From Spirogloea muscicola (Eukaryota): a DNA stretch of 64,000 bases. The stretch lies in NCBI GenBank assembly GCA_009602725.1, contig WELB01000005.1, positions 1,454,359-1,518,358 of the forward strand, written 5' to 3'. The notes below the pieces were generated by a model. It searched no databases, was not told the origin of the DNA, and saw only the letters and a list, made by a program, of their open reading frames with translations. This document shows positions 1-12,756 of this stretch, piece by piece; within the stretch, counting starts at the first letter, position 1, and each line of letters starts with the position of its first letter. The translations under genes were made by a program, and so were the position numbers.

Positions 1-61
1 GCCGCGCCGCGCCGAGCTCGGCGGCGGACGCCCGGCCCCTCTGACGCCGCCCCGTCCGCAG

Positions 62-3000
62 GCCCCCAAGCGGCGCCACCCGCTGCTGCTCCTGTCGGGC
101 ATTGCCACCAACGCCGTCGGCTACGATATCGACCCTGAGGTGAGCGGCGTGGAAGTGCAGCCATCCCAGCCCTGCAAACATAGGCAATCAGTATGAAAAT
201 CGTTTAGTATGGTAATCCTATCTAGAAAATCGTGAATTCTTATCAGATTTTGACAGAACATGTGGCGGCAGCCTTGCCATTGGAGCTGGCAGCAACAGCC
301 TTGGCAGTGCGATTTAATGCGATTTACGGCAATTTAATTGCTCCGTGCGAGCGCTCGGCTGGCCGTGCAGCTGTCGTTCGCGAGGTACATGGCGGAGCAG
401 GGCTTCGAGACGTGGATACTGGAGGTCCGGGGCGCCGGCTTCAGCAAGCTGGTGGACGGCCCGCCGCCCCAGACGCCGGACGAGCTGGTGGCCAGCGAAT
501 CCGACGGTGCCGCCGCCGCCACCAACGGCTCGGCTGGCGGAGGCCGGGCGGCGGACCGGCAGGAGCAGCTGATGGCGACCGTGGAGCAGCTGCGGGAGCA
601 GCTGGCGGGCCTGCTGGAGGAGCGCAAGCGGCTGGAGATGGGGCAGCGCGCCGCCGAGCTGCGCCGCAGCCTCGCACGCCTGCTGCAGCAGGCGCAGCAA
701 ACGGCTCTGGTTGGTATTGCCTCTGCTCCAGCCTCTTGACTCTAGCCAAAAGCCAACCAAAAAAGCAAAACCCACACATCCAAGTACCACATCCCACACT
801 ATCATTCAAACTGGGGTGTTATTGCAGGCTGGAATGTAATGCTTGGGCATGAAAGGGCGTTGAAGGCTCTCCAGCTTTGCATGCATGGCAGCAAGCGCAG
901 TAAACGGCTCTGATTGGTACTGCCACTGCTCCAGCCCATAACTCGAGCTAAGAGCCAATCTCCAAGTACAACCCATTCACACATCCCACACATCCAAAGT
1001 ACCAGTCATGAACAACCTCTCACACCATCGCCAAATTTCCCGAGTGAATGTAAGGTTGGGATGAAACGCTTCAGCCTGCAGGGTCAAGGTCCTCCAGCTT
1101 TGCATGTAAAGGGCTACAGAGCACATTGAGCCCTGCTTCTGTATGAGAGTGGCGCCTTAGAGCAAGGGCGTCTGATATCTGGCCGTAGTTGGTTCAGATT
1201 ACGGTTCTCTATTGAGGTCAAGATTGCCTACGTCTTTCTCATCCTGAGCTCGCTGGCTGAAGCTGGTGGTATGTGTGCTGTGGTGCAGGACGTGTGGATG
1301 AGCTTGCTGCAAAGCTGAGCAGCCTGCTGGACGACAGTCAGAAGACAGGTTCGCATTGCCACACCAGCGCCGCTCCTGACTGCTGCGCTTCACATGCATT
1401 GAGAGCGGCCAGTCCTCGTGTGTCGCAAGTGTGCTTCATAGCCTCAGACAAGTTGTGCGCCGCCTCTGTGGCACTCTGGCAGCCATTGGGGCGCAGATTG
1501 GCAATGTGAGGGACGGGCTGGCTAAGCTCCTGGAAGATGCGCAGCGCACATCCCTGGCAGGTAAGGGCTTAACCCAGTTTGAGTTTACCGAGGGCTTGCA
1601 AGACTGCCTTCCTTGTCGAGTCACTTTCTGCTTTCGTTGGTGATGACAGTCAGGTATATCTTGCAGAACCAAGATATGTATGAGTCGGTCATGACGCAGT
1701 AGAGATCATTGCAGAGTGCAAGTTAAACATGCAGACTGGAGGGTCTGTCTTTAGTGCTTGGAGCTGGTATTCAATGCCAAGCTTGGCTGTACCTACCCTT
1801 TTCTCTGCAGGACCGATAAAGGACCTCAGTGACAGGCTGACCAGCGTGCTGGACGACGCTCCGATGGGGGCCCGCGTGGCGGATGTGCGGCAGAGCATCA
1901 CCCGGCTGCTAGAGGACGGCCAGCGTATGGCACTGTCCAGTCGCATCACGGAGCTTGTGGAGCGCCTCACCACTCTGCTGGAGGGCAGCGAGAAGACTGG
2001 TGAGGTCCATGAGTGCCCTGTTGACCTTTACTAACCCTGTTCACTTCCGCCTAGAATGGTCAGCTCAAAGACCCTACTTTAGAATGCCAAGGACGTCGCA
2101 CCTCCCACGTGTTTGCACACTTGCAATTGAGCTTAGAGAGTATATGGAGCAGCTTACTATGTCTACTAATCCTTGACGTTGCCAACACTTCAAGGCCATG
2201 CTCAGGAGGCCCTTGAGATCATGATTGAGCAGCATCGTCTAAGGTCCAGACAAAGCTTACACTAGCAACTTACCGAAGTTTGAGTATATACGTGTGCACA
2301 AATCTTGTGTGCAGCCCTCACCACCAGGATAGATGACCTCCGCCAGCGGCTCGCGGGTCTTCAGAGCCAGGGCCAGAGGCTGGTGGAGGGCAGCAGCGTC
2401 CTGGCATCACCACGCTTTGAAGAGTTGCGATCTCGCATCACATCCATCATGGGCGAGACACAGAAGACTTTTGCGCTTATTCAGAAGACTGACTGGGATT
2501 TTGACAGCTACTTGAAGGAGGACCTTCCCGCTGCTGTAGGACTCTACTTATCTCCTATTGCAGCATGCTTAGTATGTGATCTAGAAACGGCAATTCTCGC
2601 TTTGATGCATTGCCCAGAATGGTTGATTGTGGAGCAATGTTCTTGAGGTACAGTGGGCTTGTGTGCTTACATTGACAATGACATAGCAAGCAACCTGTCT
2701 GCATGACCTGCCTCTTTTCTGAGGCCATCCACTTGTAGTTCTGGTGGAGACATTGATCAAATATGGCATTTGGTATTGCAGATGCAGTACATTCAGCGCA
2801 TTTGTAGTCCCCCTGACGGGAAGCTTCTGTCAGTTGGCCATTCAATGGGCGGCATTCTCCTGTATGCCCACATCTCCACCAAAGGTATTCCAGCCTGGTA
2901 GAGAAGCTTCAAGGTCTTTGCGATCGCTGGCAATGATACTCAACCTTTCGTGTCCTGGAGCCCTGTGGTACTTTTTCTATTGTCCAGAGTAGGACCAGAC

Positions 3001-4290
3001 CATGTATCTGGTGCTACTCTTATACTTCCTGCTCTATCACTTGTGGCACAGGCACAGATTCAGGCATTGCAGCTTATGTTACTGTCGCATCCTCGCTGGA
3101 CTATGATGTTTCAGACACGTCATTGAAGCTGCTCCTCCCATTTGTAAGCTGCCCCTGCCCCATGCAGAGCACCTCAGCAGATTACGTTAGCCCAGACATT
3201 GGACAAAGCATTGTGACTTACATACTTGACGGTGTTGGTTGTCTAGATTTTGGCGGCCAGCTGCCACGCTCTTTGGTTCTTCCATAACGGCACACTTGGG
3301 GGTTGTTGCCAGACCTGATAGATTTCTCCTTGTGCAGGCAAGCCCAGCAGAGCTGCTCAGCGTTCCGGTCGTCCCGCTTGGCATCATGGCACGTGCAGCT
3401 TTGCCATTCATCATGCGCCCGCCCTACACGCTTGCTTGGTTTGGTTACCATGTGTCTGCCAGTCGCATGATGGACCCGCCGATCTTCCGGAAGCTCTGGA
3501 CACAGCACTTCTGTACGTCATGAAAATCTTTGGTTCCTACTTTGGTTCCTACTTCGAAGTTGTAGAGGCAGCTACTAATGCTAGTGAAGTTGGACATGTT
3601 AGAGTTTGAGTGGGGCTTAAGCCAGCAGCTATTGCTTTATGCTTGTAATCATCTTAAGGCAATATTGTAGGGGCTGCTTAAGTAAACGTGTGCGACAATC
3701 TTTTGTGCAGGTACCATCCCCATGAGGTTGCTCCTACAAATGGCTACAGTGTTCCAGCCGGGTGGACTTCGTGACAGAAGCGGAAGCATCAAGTATAGAG
3801 ACGGCCTGGGCAAGGCAGCAGTGCCTGTGCTTGCTGTATCAGGAGACAAGGATCTTATTTGCCCACCCATTGCTGTCACTGGTATGTGGTCACCCTCTCT
3901 ACTACTACTCCTTGATATTTCTCACCAACTAGGGGAACTCGTCAACTCTGCTTAATATAAGTGTTGTGGTCTATTTACGCAGACACCACTGAGCACATAA
4001 GGAGCGACATGCTGACTTACAAGCATTTTGGTGGACTGGGAGGTCGGCACTATAGTCACTACGATCTTATATGTGGAAAGTGGGTGAGTATGCATAATTG
4101 AGCAGCAGGCAGCATCAGGGATACCTGTCTTTGATGACTAGTGCTTCACTACAGGTCATACATACATCCAACTGACTATTCTTTCATGACTTGTTTGTGA
4201 CAAATTCAGGCAAGGACCGAGGTGTACCCAGTCATTCGGCAATTCCTAATACATCATGATTCTATCGAGACAGCTGATACAGCATCTTAG
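62..4290 (+). CDS. Alpha/beta hydrolase-fold protein (plant uncharacterised family), multi-exon, 5'-partial
   Basis: Spliced exons read APKRRHPLLLLSGIATNAVGYD (62-139), LSFARYMAEQGFETWILEVRGAG, DWDFDSYLKEDLPAA, the nucleophile elbow GHSMGG (~2837-2854), VSGDKDLICP (Asp) and HYSHYDLICGKW (His). Stop TAG is at 4288-4290. Introns are GT-AG. Confidence 0.85.
684..1110 (+). repeat. Diverged tandem duplication (~200 bp unit) spanning an exon end and intron start
   Basis: gcagcaggcgcagcaaacggctctggttggtattgcc...ctccagctttgcatg (684-883) recurs as gcagcaagcgcagtaaacggctctgattggtactgcc...ctccagctttgcatg (888-1106). Confidence 0.75.
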
Positions 4291-5599
4291 TGTTTCCATA
4301 AGGGCAGTACATCCAAGTACCTTCATTACCATGGCAAGCTGGAAGCTGTTTCTAGAATGGCTGTGGCTGTGAAAAAGGTCCCCGGCGACATGGCCAAAAT
4401 CTGAAGGTTTCCACAGCAAGCACATGCATTCATTCATTGATATTCTGTAATTTCAGCATGACACATGTCCATGCTGCAGCTTTTGTCAGCTCTCCTCTAG
4501 TACAGGAGAAGACATGGCGGTCACTTTCTTGTGGGCAGTAGCAGATCTGTGTACCATGCTGTCAGCTCTGCTTAGTAATAGATAGAAACAAATAAGAAAA
4601 GCCAAAACTTGCATCCATGACATTTTAACCTACTTTATATAGGAGAGGACATAGCCGTGGCTTACTGTAGGCAGTAGCATGATCGGGATACGATGCTGCG
4701 TCTGTGTGCAAGAATGGTAATTGCATTACCCTGGCATAAATTTTGCACTCATTGATTACTGTTTAGGAAGTCATACAACATCTGCTGCCTATGTTTACAG
4801 TTTTTTCATCAGCTGTCCGGCTTGCGAGTAGTAGAGACACTGTTTGTGTATATGCATGTATGTGCATGTGGCGCAAATTTGAGAATCAACAGTGTCATAC
4901 ATCATGCAAAAGGTTGTCTGGCGGCATGTGAATCAGTGCAACATACGCATGCAGTGCTAGATTAGTAGGGCATCAACAATCAATTCAAAGCCACATCCTG
5001 AGAAGACAAACATTCAGCTGCACACACCAGTTGTGGTCAGGTTTCCGTTCTTCATCGCATTTCATATATTTTCGGATTGCTGGTGCGCATTATCACAGAT
5101 AGTCAAGGATCATGTTGTACGTGTGGGTCATAGTATTCCCACCACGAGAAGTTAGCTTACTACACATTGTTATGCATTTGGCAAATTCATGTTAACAATT
5201 TATTGGTCATTGTTATCACAGTGCACCTTGATTGATTCTACCAGGACAATTTAGTAACCACTGCAGCACTAAAAAACCACTTGTCCCCTCACACTTCTGC
5301 TCTTTTGTTTCTCCTCTTCCCATCCCAGCAATTTCTGATGTTGGCTGACCTTGTGATTGAATTGGCACATCATAAGACCGTAGAAAGCCATATTGAAGAA
5401 ACATTAGCATTGACAGACCACTCGAACCATGGCTTGACCAATAATGCAATAGTGACTGTAGACGCCTTCAGAGATCCAGAGCGAACAACAATTTACACAG
5501 CAATGAAGGGAGTACAACAAGCGGCCAAAGCTTTGGCCAGCTATATGTGACTAAATGAGCAGGAGGTGAAGATGATCATGAGCTCAATGCTCCATCAAT

Positions 5600-6145
5600 C
5601 TAGCGCTTGGCATCGTTCCAGGTGTTCTTGGCGTCCTGCTTGAGGCTGTCACCAGCAGAAGCAGCGCGGTTGCCGAACTCCTTGGTCTTGGTCTCAGCCT
5701 TGTCAAGTCCGGACTGGCCCTTGCCAAGGAACTTCTGTTAAGGGGAAATCATGTGCACCAAGCAGCTATATCAGATGTCGGACTCCCAATGCTCACGGCG
5801 GTACTGATAGACCTGGCGAACGGCGACAACCGCTTCCCACCTTCTCTTTCCCACCTCTGACTGAACTACGTGGGACAGCAGGTCGCAACTTGACGGTAGA
5901 CAGCAGTAAGAGCTTGGCCAAGGTAAAAACTTTCAAATCTTCCACCATCTACTTGGCATTGTGCAGCCGCCAGGCGCGTGACGAGCCGGCCTGGCAGTGC
6001 AAACTTATAACCGCGAGTAAGCGGGGGAGGGGCGGACCTGGCCCTCGGCCTTGCCCTCGTGGGTGCCGAAGAAGTAGTAGAGCGCGGCGCCGACGGCGGC
6101 GATGCCGGCGACCTTGAGCACGTTCTCCTGGTTGATCTCCACCAT
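5600..6145 (-). CDS. Small (80 aa) LEA-like/YtxH-like protein with an N-terminal hydrophobic segment; 2 exons (6145-6038, 5734-5600)
   Basis: Spliced product is MVEINQENVLKVAGIAAVGAALYYFFGTHEGKAEGQ|KFLGKGQSGLDKAETKTKEFGNRAASAGDSLKQDAKNTWNDAKR*. The intron is phase-0 GT-AG, and a paralogue at 22336-22783 has the same intron position. The family label is inferred from composition. Confidence 0.8.
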
Positions 6146-6158
6146 GGTGGCGGGTGCT

Positions 6159-6189
<31 letters not shown>

Positions 6190-6220
6190 GCGGCGGCTGG
6201 GGTGGCGGCGTGNGGCGGCA

Positions 6221-6251
<31 letters not shown>

Positions 6252-6376
6252 CTGGGGCGGCGGCGGCGTGAGGGGTAGGAGTGAGCTGCTTGGGATGTGA
6301 ACCGGAGATGTGTGGGAGGACAACTTGTAGCTCCTACCGCCGGGCTCGGAGCGACCCCGCAGCCCGTGCCGGCTCC

Positions 6377-6558
6377 GCCACGTGTCGTCGTCCGGAGCCA
6401 TCCAATCCGCCGCTGCCAGCGCACAGCCTTGCCGTCCGGAGCGCGGCCTCATTGGCTGCAGCGGGACGAGCCCTGCAGGCCGGGCACGTGGCGTGCACCA
6501 GATCCTTGTGCGCTGGCGACATGTTATCTTGCCACGTGTGAAACCAGTGACACGTGGC
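6377..6558. promoter_or_regulatory. G-box/ABRE cluster upstream of LEA-like gene 1
   Basis: CACGTG at 6379, 6485, 6533 and 6551 in GCCACGTGTC/GACACGTGGC-type contexts, with CCAAT/ATTGG boxes interspersed. Confidence 0.65.
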
Positions 6559-6689
6559 GGCTTGCGGGGGCTGCGCGGCGGGAGGTGGGCGCCCTTGGGG
6601 CGGCGGGAGCCAGACCGCCGCGGGTGGTCCTGCACTCCGCAAGTCGCGGAGGGATTGGCCAGCGCAAAATGTTTTGGCGTTCTTTAGAG

Positions 6690-8520
6690 ATACTCGACCC
6701 TCATGTGCTTACCTTTGTACTTGGCCATACTGGCCTTCGATTGTTTCAAATACACGAAATTCACATCAGAGGCACGCCTGGAGCACGCCGCGGAGGGTCT
6801 TATACTTGCCTCCTCTGGCCCCCTTCTCGTACTGCGTTTATTCTTTTTTGGGCTGGCTTTTCCAGCCCCTATCCTCTTTATCCTCAATGGCCGAGCCCTT
6901 CTTCTGTACTTGTATATACTTGCTGCTGATCTAGGCTATTCGTCAGTACCCAACCAGGGCTGACCGAAAGCCCAGGACCCGGAAGCATTACCGTCGTCAC
7001 TCAGTTGGGGCTCGAGCGATGGAGAAGCGGCGCTCTTGGAGGGAGTGCCGCGCTCCTTCCTCGCCTTCTTGCCAATGGCGGTGACGGCGGCAGGGTCCGG
7101 CACGAAGAAAGGGCTCGCTGCTGGCCTGCAGGAAGCAGGCCAGCAGCGACTCAAGGCAGGTGGCCTGGGCGCTGGCAAGCAAGGGGGAGCGGAGCGGTGG
7201 GCAAAAGGACGGTAGCTCCTGTTAGAGTGAGAGAGCTTTCTGCTCACTCGACCCCCTTTTGCCTACATTGAGAAAAGAATGCAAATCACACGGGCACAGC
7301 AGCGGGTCAGCCCGCCGGGGGCCCGAGTGGGGGCCGGCTGCAGAGCCGGCCCAGAAGTGTCCGTTAAACTCGTCGGGCAGGGTGTGAGGCACAGGTGTGA
7401 GGCACAATCTCACACGTGTGATCTGCCTACGTGTCACCCTGATGGTCCGGGCAAGCCGCCCCTGGAAGCGAAAGGCGCTTCCCTAAGTGGGACACTTGAT
7501 AACATGAAGAATAACGAAAGGAGCTAATGCCTACAGTCTAACACTTGCATGTACTTAATTAGCATCGTAGGATTGGACGTGGCTTGGACAACAGGCCGGG
7601 GCTCGGGCTCCTCAGATCCCCTCTTCTTCAATCCTTTGAAAAGAGAGAAGGCGCGCGCGCGGGTGCGCATGAAAAGAACGACTCTTCCAGTAGGAGGCGA
7701 TGATGGCTTGTCCCTTCAGCAGTTGCTGGCTGGACCTTCTGCAGCGGCTTCACCGGCATGCATCGATCGTCAGCAGGGTCCAGAAGGGGAGCTGACCGGC
7801 TTCAACGCGGCCGAGTTGCTTGCCAGGTTCTCCGCATACGGCTGTCTGAGTCCTTCCAACGCTCCCTGTCTCACGCCATGCACTTGCGGACAGGCCGCGC
7901 TATGGCTGCTGCTTCTGGGTCTCGTCGGGGTGCCTCTTTTCCAGCTGCAAGTTACTCCAACTTGCTGCTGCTAACCCGCCTACTAAGCTCCCCTCGCTGG
8001 AGTCTCGTGCATAGCTGTGTGGTCTAGGCACCTTCCGGCTCTTTGGACCTTGTCCATTCTTTTTGGGCTGGCCTTTCCCAGCTTCGGACTTTGCCAAATC
8101 AATCGGGCTGGCATTTCATTTCAGACAAGAACAGCTCTACCAATTGACGGGAATGGCCGTGAGAGCCCTCGCCCCCCTAAACTTCACCAGAAAGCAAGTA
8201 ACCGCAAAGAATGGCCACTCCATTCCCCTAGTCAGCAGTCACAAGTTGATACACTGAGCAGCCAATAAGGGGTTGTCGCAATTAATGGAGGAATTCCTCC
8301 ACATATTGTTATGATTGGACAGATTGCGAATGTTGGCCCGGCATATAGGCTGAGGCGGCAGCTAGGGCATGGCCAGCATGCAGATGCAAGGCATGACCCA
8401 GGTAATGCTGTACCAGAATAGAGAGACGCACGCATTAAACAAGGGCTGGAGAGCCCGCTGGGCAAAACTCTGGCTGCTCCCTTGCTGCATTGAGGACTCA
8501 AAGCACGAACTGGTGCCCAG
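6690..8520. mobile_element. Cluster of 3'-end fragments of a CRE-like (RLE) non-LTR retrotransposon, both orientations
   Basis: + 3' UTR with GGGCTGGCTTTTCCAGCCC...GAGCCCTTCTTCT (~6850-6905). - termini at ~7641-7712. + ORF end RIRLSESFQRSLSHAMHLRTGRAMAAASGSRRGASFPAASYSNLLLLTR (~7830-7980) followed by the UTR motif at ~8063. - fragment GEQPEFCPAGSPALV*CVRLSILVQHYLGHALHLHAGHAL (~8360-8485). Confidence 0.7.
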
Positions 8521-8817
8521 CAAAATCAGCCCAAATAGAATGGACAAGAGGGACAAGCAGATCTGAGAAGGAGGTGAGCATGGGAAACTGTGGCGCTACC
8601 GGCTGCCTTGCTGTGCACAATATCTACAACCTCTGTGCAGCTGTGCTGCTCTCCAAATGGAACAACGTGCTGAGACCCCTGATGCGTAAGCGGCCTGAGA
8701 GGCAGGCGGCTTGTCCTAGCTCACAAGAGAGCTGCACCCTTGAACAGGTATTTGCAGCGGTCTTCCAAGTGGTGTGCGTATAGAAGAAGACAATTACACC
8801 TACAATCAACCTACTAA

Positions 8818-11116
8818 TCAAGTAACTACTTGCTGGTCAGCTTCTCTCTGGGCCCCAAACTCCATTGCTAATTTTCTGTCCTGAGACCCTTGGGAGCGTG
8901 CAGCAGCGGCTTCCCTTTTCTGCCTCTTTAGCCCCTTCATCTTGTTAAGAGCAATCTTACTCACCTGCAGACAAACACAAATCAATCTGAGGTGGTTAGT
9001 CCTGAGCCATGCCGCTAAACCCAGCCCAAGCCTGCCTAGGCTCGCTGACTGCAGCTTGTTTGAAGCTTCTTATGATCAATCAATCCATATTCGTATGACT
9101 GTGCTCGTAGGTACAGGAGGACCAGGTCCCGCTTGCAGCTTTTAAGAGCCCTCTTCTCTGCTGCTAATGTCTGCCACTGACTTATGAACGCCAGGAAAGC
9201 GACTTCAAGTGAGTGAAGGAGGTGGAGGGGGGGTGGTGTAAGCAAGCAAATTCGCACACATATGCACTGGCAAGAGGGGCCAGATTCACATACCTCTTGC
9301 TTAGGCATGTAGATTCTGCCAATCTTGCCAGCCAAAGAGTCTGTCGAGACGTTCTTGATCTGTGGGGTACAGGAATAAGTAAGGAAGTAATTAGTCAGCA
9401 GCCATGGTCGCTGAAAAGTCGACTGATGCGGCCTTTGTTTTGTTGCAGACAAAAACATGTGCCACACTGAGACTGAACAAGGTCACACACACCAATTTAC
9501 ACAGCATTCACAACGAGCACCTCAGATGGTAACCCTCCCTCTGTATCTACATTCTTCACCTGTGAAAGGAAGATGAAGAGAGCATTACAGTGTGCGGTTG
9601 ATGTGGTAGGGTTTCACAGTCAAGTAGGGTGCCACCAGGAGGTCACACCTTTTTCTTTGTGGTCTTTGTCACAGTGCGATGTGCCTCCTTCTGCAATTCC
9701 TCTCCTGCCTCGCGGGTCCGTCGCAAGCTCAGGTCCAGGAAGGGGCCAACTTCCACAAGCTCCAGCCTCGGCACTGTCGTCCCAGACTTCTTCAGCCGTA
9801 TGCCACAGTGCCTCAGCCAAACCTGAGAATAAGGTCACTTATGGATTCCTGAGTCAGTGCCCATTAAACCCCCGTACTCAGTGACTAAGTATTGGATGTG
9901 AGATCCTTACAATGCCGCTGCAGAGCAGAGATGCTGAAGCAAGGACGTCACCGCACATATGCTTCTCCTGACAGCCCAAAGCTCCAAGGCAATCATGAAA
10001 GTTCACCTTGCCGGCAGCTGCGATGCAAATGAAGACGCGATCAAGGCCCGCCAGATTAAACCCTTCCGCATCCTGCATTGAGAAGTACAATCTAGTTCAG
10101 ATGGAACATGTTGCTGCTTCAACGATCCCTGCTTCTACTGCAAGAATCGTTGAAGCAGCACTGTGAACAATGACCACTGCCCAAGCTCATTGATGACCAA
10201 GTTGGTGGCACGAGAGGGCTCCAGATAGAAGGGAATGGGAAACCTCGCCACGGAAGAAGTCGAGGAGGATGCTCTTGAGCTGCCGGTACTCTGGCTTGGT
10301 CTCGAATTCGTCGCCCACAAAGACAAAGCAGGGTTTGGAGCCCTCCTGGGGGGCATGCTTGCCCCCTCCTCTGAACTCCGCGATGGACCTGTAGCGGTCC
10401 ACCCCCAGCTCCACCAGGTCGTACATGTGGTGGTCGAACATGCGGCCGAGGACGAGATTGTGGGGCCGCTTCTTCGAGTGGGACCCAAACTGGTTAACAA
10501 CAACCAGTCATCATGTCAGCACAACAAGCAAGCTGGGAGAGGCACCATTGCCGACTAGTCAAGCTAGAGCGCTTGGAGCTTGGTGCTTAGAGCAAACGAA
10601 GTACACTGTGGCATTACAGAAGTAAAGCGAAGGCAAGATAAACACCGCTAACAGAAAAGCAAGCTGGAAGGTCGTGAATCAAGCCGCAACTAGTGTCCAG
10701 CATTAGTGTGGGAGTTACAGCAAAGAGGCTGCAGTCGGTCTTGAGGGACATGAACTCCAGCGAGGCCTCGCCGCCGCCCTCAAACGGCCGCACGGCGTCG
10801 TTCTTGCGGCTGAGCTTGGTGGCGTTGCCGCCGGCCTTCTTGAGGTGGTACAGGTCCGACAGCACGCCCTTCACCGCCGCGCTGGCCTTGGTGCCGTGCA
10901 GGAACAGCGCCTTCTTCTGGTCCTCGTGCTGAGCACCGCCAGGCGCCGCGCTGCGGATGCAGTGAGTGCCACGGCTGCCGTCGACTCCGCCATCGCCAGC
11001 AGGCCGGCGCCGGAGCCACTTTGCGGCCAGTAGTGCGGCGCTCTCACCAGCTTGGGCGCTCGTCTCTCGAGCACGCGCCGCGCCCGCGGCGACTTGGGCT
11101 TCGCGATGCGCAGCAT
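8818..11116 (-). CDS. RPF2: Ribosome production factor 2 (Brix domain), multi-exon
   Basis: Exons read MLRIAKPKSPRARRVLERRAPKL, KKALFLHGTK, RPFEGGGEASLEFMSLKTDCSLF, FGSHSKKRPHNLVLGRMFDHH, LLDFFRGE, KKSGTTVPRLELVEVGP, KNVSTDSLAGKIGRIYMPKQ and KMKGLKR. Stop TGA is at 8820-8818. Confidence 0.93.
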
Positions 11117-11750
11117 CGCCGCAGCCGCCGCCGCCGCCGCCGCCGCAGGCGCTGCCGCTCTCGCTGATGCCGCCGCCGCCGCCNNNNNNNNNNNNNNNNN
11201 NNNNNNNNNNNNNNNNNNNNNNNNNNNNNNNNNNNNNNNNNNNNNNNNNNNNNNNNNNNNNNNNNNNNNNNNNNNNNNNNNNNNNNNNNNNNNNNNNNNN
11301 NNNNNNNNNNNNNNNNNNNNNNNNNNNNNNNNNNNNNNNNNNNNNNNNNNNNNNNNNNNNNNNNNNNNNNNNNNNNNNNNNNNNNNNNNNNNNNNNNNNN
11401 NNNNNNNNNNNNNNNNNNNNNNNNNNNNNNNNNNNNNNNNNNNNNNNNNNNNNNNNNNNNNNNNNNNNNNNNNNNNNNNNNNNNNNNNNNNNNNNNNNNN
11501 NNNNNNNNNNNNNGGGAGGGCAGCGCCCCACGCCGCCGCCGCCGCCCGGCGGCCCTGCCCGCCGCCCGCGGCCCTCCGCCGCGCGGTCATCCTGAGGGCC
11601 CTCTGAAGTCAAGGAAGGCGGCGCTCGCTGGCTTGATGACGGCTCTGCTCCGATGCTCGGCCGGCCCGGCCGCCCTCTAGCGTCACCGCCTGGCTGCTGT
11701 TCGGCGACCGCGGCGGCCCGCAGCCTCCCGCCGGCCCTCGCGCTGGCAGC

Positions 11751-12756
11751 ATGTCGGGCAAGGAGACGGGACTGGAGCCTCTCGTCGACCGTATGCCCGT
11801 CGACTCTCTCTGCCATTGCTTCACCACTTTGTGCCATTTGAATCTAGCAATGACCCCATTGAGAAAGCTCTGTGGTTGTCCAGCCAGTACTTGTACAAGC
11901 CTGTTGGCCATCTCTGCCTGCTTCATGAGGTCATGTGGCTGGGTAAAGCTCTGCCTGTTACCAGGTTCTTACTCAGATTGGATTAGCAGGTGGTGTCAAG
12001 TGCTGATGGCTATTTACTGATTGCACTGCAGAGATGATATCTGTCATCACGAACGACGGGCGAAACATTGTGGTAAGGCAATGGGCTATGTTGCACATGC
12101 AGTGCTATACAAGTCTTAATAGTCCCCCTGCCTTTGCTGTGTTCTGAAAGTCGTGAGCTGGAAAGCTCTTTTTTTGGCGGTTTGTACAAAGAGTCATGCT
12201 CGTCCACACTTACAGAAATGACGGCTCTGTGCACGGTGTAGGGTTACCTACGTGGTTTTGATCAAGCGACGAATCTGATTCTTGATGAGTCGCATGAGCG
12301 CGTGTACTCTACCAAGGTACTGTTTGGATTAGCATCTTTGTTTTTACCAATATACTTCTTTGTGAGAATCATGGATCATCCTCTCACATGTGGACGGCAA
12401 CTGAGGCTCTGCGTCTCTCATTTGTGTACAGCAAGGAGTGGAGCAACTTGTGCTTGGTTTGTATATCATTCGAGGAGACAATATGTGAGTCAGCAATCTA
12501 CCAATCAGCAGGCTGTGTAGCTGAGTGCAATGTTTCTAAAGATCATTGATGTCTACCGCTCACTGTAGCGTGCTTGGGAGTGTGCCTATTTTTTACCAAA
12601 GGCGTGTCACATGAGAGGTGTGTTTGTCATACTAATACTACTTTGTGCATTGATAATCAAACCAGTGCGGTAGTGGGGGAGCTTGACGAGGAATTGGACT
12701 CCAATCTAGAACTTGCTCAAGTCAAAGCGCAGCCATTGAAGCCTGTCTCGCACTGA
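11751..12756 (+). CDS. LSM8: Sm-like protein LSM8, 5 exons
   Basis: Spliced: MSGKETGLEPLVD|QMISVITNDGRNIV|GYLRGFDQATNLILDESHERVYSTK|QGVEQLVLGLYIIRGDN|xAVVGELDEELDSNLELAQVKAQPLKPVSH*. Confidence 0.95.

Noticed and set aside
6960..7220. Coding-like GC-rich stretch inside the repeat cluster
   Set aside because: There is no start/stop context or recognisable homology. It may be TE-derived, but I cannot support that.
7680..7693. Recurring ACTCTTCCAGT motif (also ~14722, 31594, 45762) as a separate element or target site
   Set aside because: Its reverse complement (CTGGAAGAGT) is a variant of the TGGGAGAGCC part of the retrotransposon terminal motif.
10614..11837. 407-aa ORF and other ORFs spanning N runs
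   Set aside because: These are artefacts of translating through gaps and introns. The real coding parts belong to RPF2.
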